Below are positions 58,689 to 64,000 of a DNA stretch of 64,000 nucleotides, piece by piece. Every line of letters begins with the position of its first letter. The stretch's first letter is position 1. The translations under genes were made by a program, and so were the position numbers. The stretch lies in sequence record PP400779. One strand, 5' to 3'. Below the pieces are notes generated by a model. The model did no database searches and was not told the DNA's origin. It saw only the letters and a list, made by a program, of their open reading frames with translations. The stretch is from Escherichia phage JM17.

Positions 58689-59651
58689 TTATAGTCCTAA
58701 AACTCTTGACGCAGAATTCACCACACCTGTCAATGTGTTTATATTAGACACGCCACCAGCAGTCCCACCTAATCTAGAAAGTCTTGATACTGCACTTCCT
58801 AGTCCAGAATCATTCTGATTATTTCCAAACATTCCTGAAACACTACTAATAAGTCCTGATTCCAGCCATTCTAAAGCAGCCTGTCTATTTACAGCACCTG
58901 ATTGCATAACGCGATAAGCAAATGTTACATCAAAAACTGTTATCTGATTATCACCATCATACGTTAACTCAGGAGAAGAGACACTAACAGGAATACATCC
59001 AGTGAACATGACAGCGGTATGTGGTAAACCATTTCGTGCATGTAAATTAACCTGAATATCTGCTTCGACGTCTTGTGGTAAAGCACGAAGACCTGTTACA
59101 GGGTCTTGGACCGAGTTTACCCAGTCTTGCATTGCTCTAAAGTTAGATGCTTCAGAATCCATTCTAAAGCTTATTACTAACGGGTCCATTTCACGACCGG
59201 TAATTCGGATGTTCGGGGAGTTATAGTTGAAATCTGTTTCATACGATAATCGGTTCTCAGGCATTTTTACAGAATAAATCATTAAACCTGTATTATTATA
59301 TGCCATATTGAAGAAGTCTATCAGATAAGCTCCTACTGTGAACTCACCTAACAAGCTTTGTACCGTACGTTGACTCATTGCTCCAATCAGATATTTACTT
59401 ACACCTGATTTTCGAATTAATTTCTGTGTTCCTGCTGTAATCAGGGTTGTTACGCCCTGATTGATATCACCTTGAGTCAATCCTAGCCAATCTGAATCCA
59501 ACCCTAAGTTATTATAAGCAAAACTACCAATTGACGAAATTAGTGAAGACGATTTGGTCGATGGCGTAGTAGCAAATACACAACTAAACATATTGTTTCG
59601 TTGGAAATCTGCATTTATAGCTTGGTTATTAAATTCTTCTAAAGAGTACAT
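58689..59651 (-). CDS. 54: gp54, baseplate tail-tube initiator
   Basis: 320 aa; N-terminus MYSLEEFNNQAINADFQRNNMFSCVF matches T4 gp54. Confidence 0.9.
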   Translation of the reverse strand: MYSLEEFNNQAINADFQRNNMFSCVFATTPSTKSSSLISSIGSFAYNNLGLDSDWLGLTQGDINQGVTTLITAGTQKLIRKSGVSKYLIGAMSQRTVQSLLGEFTVGAYLIDFFNMAYNNTGLMIYSVKMPENRLSYETDFNYNSPNIRITGREMDPLVISFRMDSEASNFRAMQDWVNSVQDPVTGLRALPQDVEADIQVNLHARNGLPHTAVMFTGCIPVSVSSPELTYDGDNQITVFDVTFAYRVMQSGAVNRQAALEWLESGLISSVSGMFGNNQNDSGLGSAVSRLSRLGGTAGGVSNINTLTGVVNSASRVLGL

Positions 59652-60760
59652 TAGAAAGTCCCCGCATAAAGTGAAGAACGGTTTAATGTAATAATTTCTC
59701 GCATTGTTATCTCTAACGTAAATGTTGACGGTAAGTTAGGAGCAACAGCAAGACCATTAAATTGTCCGTTTGGAGTTTTATCAAAACGTACGCTTTGAAT
59801 TTGGCATGGACCAAATACGTCAGTTAATCCATCAAATTTAGACGTATAACCAAAGTTTTTAACCATCCAAATTGTAGGGTTGCTTACAACTAATACATTT
59901 GTTAATGACGCAGTAATCTTTTCAAACAATGTCTTATTTTTTACTGCATCGTCTGGTGTCATAGGCTCAATAAACGTTGAACGGTACCATTCGTCTAAAT
60001 AACTTTTAATCTCTTGGGCGTACTGTGATTTACCGGTCTCACCATATGAGAAATAGTTAAAATACTGGTAAATGTTTATAATAGCCATAAGGTCTTCAGT
60101 TGAACGCGGAGTTAAATCCCATGTAAAGACTTTAGTACGGTTCTCAGCACCGCCGTACATACTACGAGAAGTCGTATAAATCTGTTCGTTATTATCAGCC
60201 ATAAGCCCTTGAGTAATAGAATCTAATGCACCAAAAACTGCAGTAGAAGCAATGTTACTTAAAACACCCGTAGCAGTACCTCCACCTTTAGTAATAAGGC
60301 TATCACCGATATCATTAAAACGATGTGAAGTTGTATCAACGTCAGATTTGGAACGTGGCAAAAGTATATTAGCAACAGGAGTTTTGTTTATAGTAGACTT
60401 ATTAGCTCCGGCAGGAAGCAATCCGTTTGAGAATTTAGTCACCGCATCTTTCACATTATCAGTTAAATCTGATATGATACCATTAGATGAAGTCCCGGCA
60501 TACGCCGGACGTAAATTCCTGAGGGATCCTGAATCGCGTGCAGACATATTGTACGCGGTAAATAATAATCCATTCTTATAAAGGTCTGTTACCTGGAAGT
60601 CTCCTGTGGAGTCATTTCCGGCTGCTCTTCCTGTAGGAAATTGAGCAACATAAGTTTTAGTAGTTGTTTCGGTTTTAGTGCTTTGCCCAGCACTTTCTGA
60701 GACTGGGATTGCTTTATTTAAATCCTTTGCATCTACTACTATTTCTTTTACACTAATCAT
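59651..60760 (-). CDS. 48: gp48, baseplate tail-tube cap
   Basis: 369 aa; T4 size and synteny. Confidence 0.88.
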   Translation of the reverse strand: MISVKEIVVDAKDLNKAIPVSESAGQSTKTETTTKTYVAQFPTGRAAGNDSTGDFQVTDLYKNGLLFTAYNMSARDSGSLRNLRPAYAGTSSNGIISDLTDNVKDAVTKFSNGLLPAGANKSTINKTPVANILLPRSKSDVDTTSHRFNDIGDSLITKGGGTATGVLSNIASTAVFGALDSITQGLMADNNEQIYTTSRSMYGGAENRTKVFTWDLTPRSTEDLMAIINIYQYFNYFSYGETGKSQYAQEIKSYLDEWYRSTFIEPMTPDDAVKNKTLFEKITASLTNVLVVSNPTIWMVKNFGYTSKFDGLTDVFGPCQIQSVRFDKTPNGQFNGLAVAPNLPSTFTLEITMREIITLNRSSLYAGTF

Positions 60761-60768
60761 AATAATCC

Positions 60769-62541
60769 TTAATTAACACCGGTGGCATGGAAAATTCCAG
60801 GAGCCGTTGTACTTGTTACAGGGGTCATATTCTGGACTACGGTATTCTTTTTGACGACATTATTTGTGTTACTAATCGCCGCTACCGGTTGCTGTTGTTT
60901 AGATTCAGAAGCACGTCCTTTCTCTATTGACTGAACTTGTTTTGCTTCCGGAGATTTAGACGAAGATTCAGGCTTAACTGTTGTCTGAGCCTTTTTGGCT
61001 TCAGCCATTTTATTATTTAGCTTTTCAAATCTAGCATCTAATTCCTTTTTAACAACAGGAGTTTTATTAAGTTCAGGGTCTTTAATAAGTTTACTTAAAT
61101 CAGCATAAGACTTCTCGACGTTTTTAGCATTTTCCGGATTAGTCATATCGATTTTATCGATATAATCCTCAAATCTAACCAGTGCCGCACGAGTTTCATT
61201 AGCTTTTATATACGCCTCTTTACGCTCCTCTTCAGGTAACTCTTTTAATTTTGCTGATTCCGCAGCACGCTCATCGCTTGTACTAAACTCTTCTTTATTA
61301 TCATTACCACGAACCCAGTTAGTAACGAATGTTTTGCCGCGTTGTAACATATCAAGACCTTTAGAAACGGTTCCTAATTCCCCATCGTCACGTTTCATTT
61401 GATATTTAGCGACTTTCTCTTGGTCTTCTTTCTTTAATTTGTTCCCAGTAGTTTCTTGGAATCCTTCTAAAGCACGTCCTTCTATTTCGTCCGCGGTATC
61501 GCCAAAACCTATAGCACGCAATATAGACGCAGAGAGTTTAGCCATTCCTAATTGAATTAGTTCACCTAAGTTCATTAATGCTGTTCCTACACCTTTGACA
61601 ATAGCAACGGTTAAACCACCCCAGTCTCCAGCTTCCCACAATTGTTTTATAGAGTCAATAGAAGTGAATATATCACTTAAGAATTTACCCCACTCTTTAG
61701 CTTCATCGGAGAATTTAGTAAAGTTTTCATCAAATAAATCCCAGGCAGAAGTGAACTTGTCTGTCCAATATTTGAAATGGACTATCAATAAATCAATACC
61801 GATAACAATACCAAGAATAAGTGCGGCCATTTTTGCTGCTTCAATAGCAGCCGTTATAGTGTATTTGAAAAGCATTCCAGCAATTCTGTCTGAAATTGAT
61901 ATTGATTTATTAAACCCGGTTTGAACTGTTTTGGTGAGCATTGCAATTTTATCGCTCAATTTAAAGCTAATTCCGCCTTTAGAATCGGAAGTAGAATTAG
62001 CACTTTCTTTAACCGGTGTTGGGAAGAAATCTTCGTCTGGCTTATTATCAATCTTTTCAGGTGTAGGGAATGCTTTAAACAACTCATCAGAAGTTTCATT
62101 CTCAACCACTTTAACAGGTATTGCGTTCTCAATTACTTCAAGAGAGGTGCCTCCTGTATTTTGAATAGCGGTAGATGTTTGTAATTTTTGCTCTAATAAT
62201 GTAGCTAATCGGTCTAACTTAGAGCTTATTGCACTAGAAACTTCGTTTATACTTTTAGTGACTTCAGTTTGTTTTTCAATAACTTCTGCGATAAGCTCTG
62301 TGCCTTCAGCAGTATTATCTGTCGAATTCTTTAAGTCTCCAATTGATTCAATAATTCCATTGCCTTTATCTTCTACACTTTGTGATGTGAGTTCAGACGC
62401 GGCTTGGACATCGTCTAGTTTTGATGAAATGTTATTCAATGCTTCTAATGAATCGGTAGCTGCTGTTGCAGCTACTTTTTGTGGTTTATTATCGGCAATG
62501 ACCTTATTTCTACGCATGGATTTCATTTCTTCAGGTTTCAT
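60769..62541 (-). CDS. 29: gp29, tape measure / baseplate hub subunit
   Basis: 590 aa, same length as T4 gp29; synteny 28-29-48. Confidence 0.88.
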   Translation of the reverse strand: MKPEEMKSMRRNKVIADNKPQKVAATAATDSLEALNNISSKLDDVQAASELTSQSVEDKGNGIIESIGDLKNSTDNTAEGTELIAEVIEKQTEVTKSINEVSSAISSKLDRLATLLEQKLQTSTAIQNTGGTSLEVIENAIPVKVVENETSDELFKAFPTPEKIDNKPDEDFFPTPVKESANSTSDSKGGISFKLSDKIAMLTKTVQTGFNKSISISDRIAGMLFKYTITAAIEAAKMAALILGIVIGIDLLIVHFKYWTDKFTSAWDLFDENFTKFSDEAKEWGKFLSDIFTSIDSIKQLWEAGDWGGLTVAIVKGVGTALMNLGELIQLGMAKLSASILRAIGFGDTADEIEGRALEGFQETTGNKLKKEDQEKVAKYQMKRDDGELGTVSKGLDMLQRGKTFVTNWVRGNDNKEEFSTSDERAAESAKLKELPEEERKEAYIKANETRAALVRFEDYIDKIDMTNPENAKNVEKSYADLSKLIKDPELNKTPVVKKELDARFEKLNNKMAEAKKAQTTVKPESSSKSPEAKQVQSIEKGRASESKQQQPVAAISNTNNVVKKNTVVQNMTPVTSTTAPGIFHATGVN

Positions 62542-63071
62542 TCAAGCAATCCAATAATTTCTGCTATACCCTTAATAGGGCCATTAGGGCCTGGAATAGC
62601 AATAGTTGTCGAAAGGTCTTCTGCCCATTTGATTACAAAAGCAGGCATCTCAAGGAAAGAAATTTCTTTCTCTTCGTCATTAACTTTTATTAAGCAATTT
62701 GATAGCATTTCACTGATTGTAGCGAATTGTTCAAATTTGCCTGGAGGTCTAAAATAAAAAGTATTGCCTTGGAATTGGAATTCTGTTCGTTGGCATACAT
62801 AGACGTCATCTAGTTTATAAGTGAATCCGTCTTTTTCAACTTCAGACTTAAGTTTGTTATTAAATTCCAATATGTGTAGACATGCAAAATCAAAATCTGC
62901 GGGACTCATATTTTTACAAATAGAATCAGCTAAGATTTTCATGTTTTCATCAGGGCCTTTAACGTCCTTTAAAAGATTATAATGTTTGAGCCCTAATTTA
63001 GGAATCATTACCTTTTTATTAGACTGTGGTAGAATTATTTTCTTTAGAGGTAGAATCAGATTTAAGTTCAT
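62538..63071 (-). CDS. 28: gp28, baseplate hub distal subunit
   Basis: 177 aa; T4 size and synteny. Confidence 0.85.
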   Translation of the reverse strand: MNLNLILPLKKIILPQSNKKVMIPKLGLKHYNLLKDVKGPDENMKILADSICKNMSPADFDFACLHILEFNNKLKSEVEKDGFTYKLDDVYVCQRTEFQFQGNTFYFRPPGKFEQFATISEMLSNCLIKVNDEEKEISFLEMPAFVIKWAEDLSTTIAIPGPNGPIKGIAEIIGLLE

Positions 63072-64000
63072 TTTTAACCTTAACTGGGTTAACAGGTTCT
63101 AACACCATTGAGTTGGTAAACATGTACAGATGAGTTTGTGAGTTGTTATTTGATAACTCATGAATAACTTCATCTACGTAAAATTCGGATTTGAATTGGT
63201 TCTTTTGGTCAACAAATATAATTTTAGTAGCAGGCGTTATGTTAAAATTGCCTGTAGTAGTGCATTTAGCATATCCGTCATATTGAGCCATTGTCTGAAG
63301 ACGACTTGCTTCTTCAAATCCATTACGATAGGTCATTTCGGAATATCCACCGGATCTTGACACAACAATAGCATTATCACCATCACCTGTAACAATAACC
63401 GGAATAGATGTATCTAAAAATGAATGGGCGAATATTGTGGCGTTTTTAATAGGGTCTCTTGTAAATTGATTAGCTTTAGTCATCCAGGTGAAATCCCATA
63501 CTAATGGATACTCAAGCTCTTGAATATACTGACCTACGGTATTTGGCTCGCCTACAACCATCTTAATGCCTTCCTGACCAATAAGAGTATCGTAGTCAAT
63601 CATGTTTACGCCTAAAATATCTTGCCATACGAATACGAACTTATCACTCGCTGTAGCAAGTCCTAATTCTCTGACATATGCCAAATAATCATCAAATGTG
63701 CTTGTCCAAGGGATATCAGGAACATAAGCATTAATAGTGTTTATTGGCGGAGTAATTAACGCACGGTCTTTGTATATGACACCTAACATTTCACGTATAG
63801 ATTCGCCTGCGTCCGGGAAGAATGGTCGCCCAAATTTAAGGTTCTCTATAGAATGTATTGTTCCAAGCTCAATTGCAATAATATTGTCACCTTTTGAGTC
63901 CACAGACACAGAATAATGTTTGCATCCATAAATTCGAGTTCTAACTTGGAGAGGTGTGTTTGAATTTGAAACAGAGATTTGAACTATCTGTCTACCGTCC
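63019..64000 (-). CDS. 27: gp27, baseplate hub subunit, 5' partial (N-terminus lies beyond the window)
   Basis: The - strand frame is open from the stop at 63019 to the window edge; the track start at 63909 is an internal GTG; T4 gp27 is about 391 aa. Confidence 0.8.
   Translation of the reverse strand, partial: DGRQIVQISVSNSNTPLQVRTRIYGCKHYSVSVDSKGDNIIAIELGTIHSIENLKFGRPFFPDAGESIREMLGVIYKDRALITPPINTINAYVPDIPWTSTFDDYLAYVRELGLATASDKFVFVWQDILGVNMIDYDTLIGQEGIKMVVGEPNTVGQYIQELEYPLVWDFTWMTKANQFTRDPIKNATIFAHSFLDTSIPVIVTGDGDNAIVVSRSGGYSEMTYRNGFEEASRLQTMAQYDGYAKCTTTGNFNITPATKIIFVDQKNQFKSEFYVDEVIHELSNNNSQTHLYMFTNSMVLEPVNPVKVKNELKSDSTSKENNSTTV

Overview
This window is a contiguous 64 kb segment of a T4-like (T-even) myovirus genome, read here with the early/middle genes on the + strand. 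Gene content and order follow the T4 map: modA-like (partial), srd-like, dda, dexA, gene 39, rIIA, rIIB, ndd, gene 52, motA, asiA; then on the - strand holin t and the long tail fibre genes 38-37-36-35-34; then rnh, dsbA, 33, 59, 32, frd, td (group I intron with I-TevI), nrdA, nrdB (group I intron with I-TevIII), denA, 63, alc-like, spanins, pseT, cd, 31, rIII, DNA ligase 30, alt; and on the - strand baseplate genes 54-48-29-28-27 (27 truncated at the window edge). Protein identities were assigned by recalled similarity to T4 proteins, not by a database search. Regulatory signals are dense: T4-type early promoters (GTTTAC -35 with TATAAT-like -10), candidate MotA-box middle promoters, TATAAATA late promoters ahead of t, 36, 34, 32 and rIII, and many GC hairpins with a UUCG loop followed by a T-run. 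No tRNA genes or CRISPR arrays were seen. The points most worth a second look are: (1) nrdA split into two ORFs by an HNH endonuclease gene; (2) a class I DAHP synthase (AroG-like) gene immediately upstream of cd; (3) a GT-B-type glycosyltransferase-like gene between an unsplit 605-aa gene 39 and rIIA; (4) a NADAR-like and a HAD-like gene in the rIII-to-ligase interval; (5) an nrdB intron carrying a full-length I-TevIII ORF.
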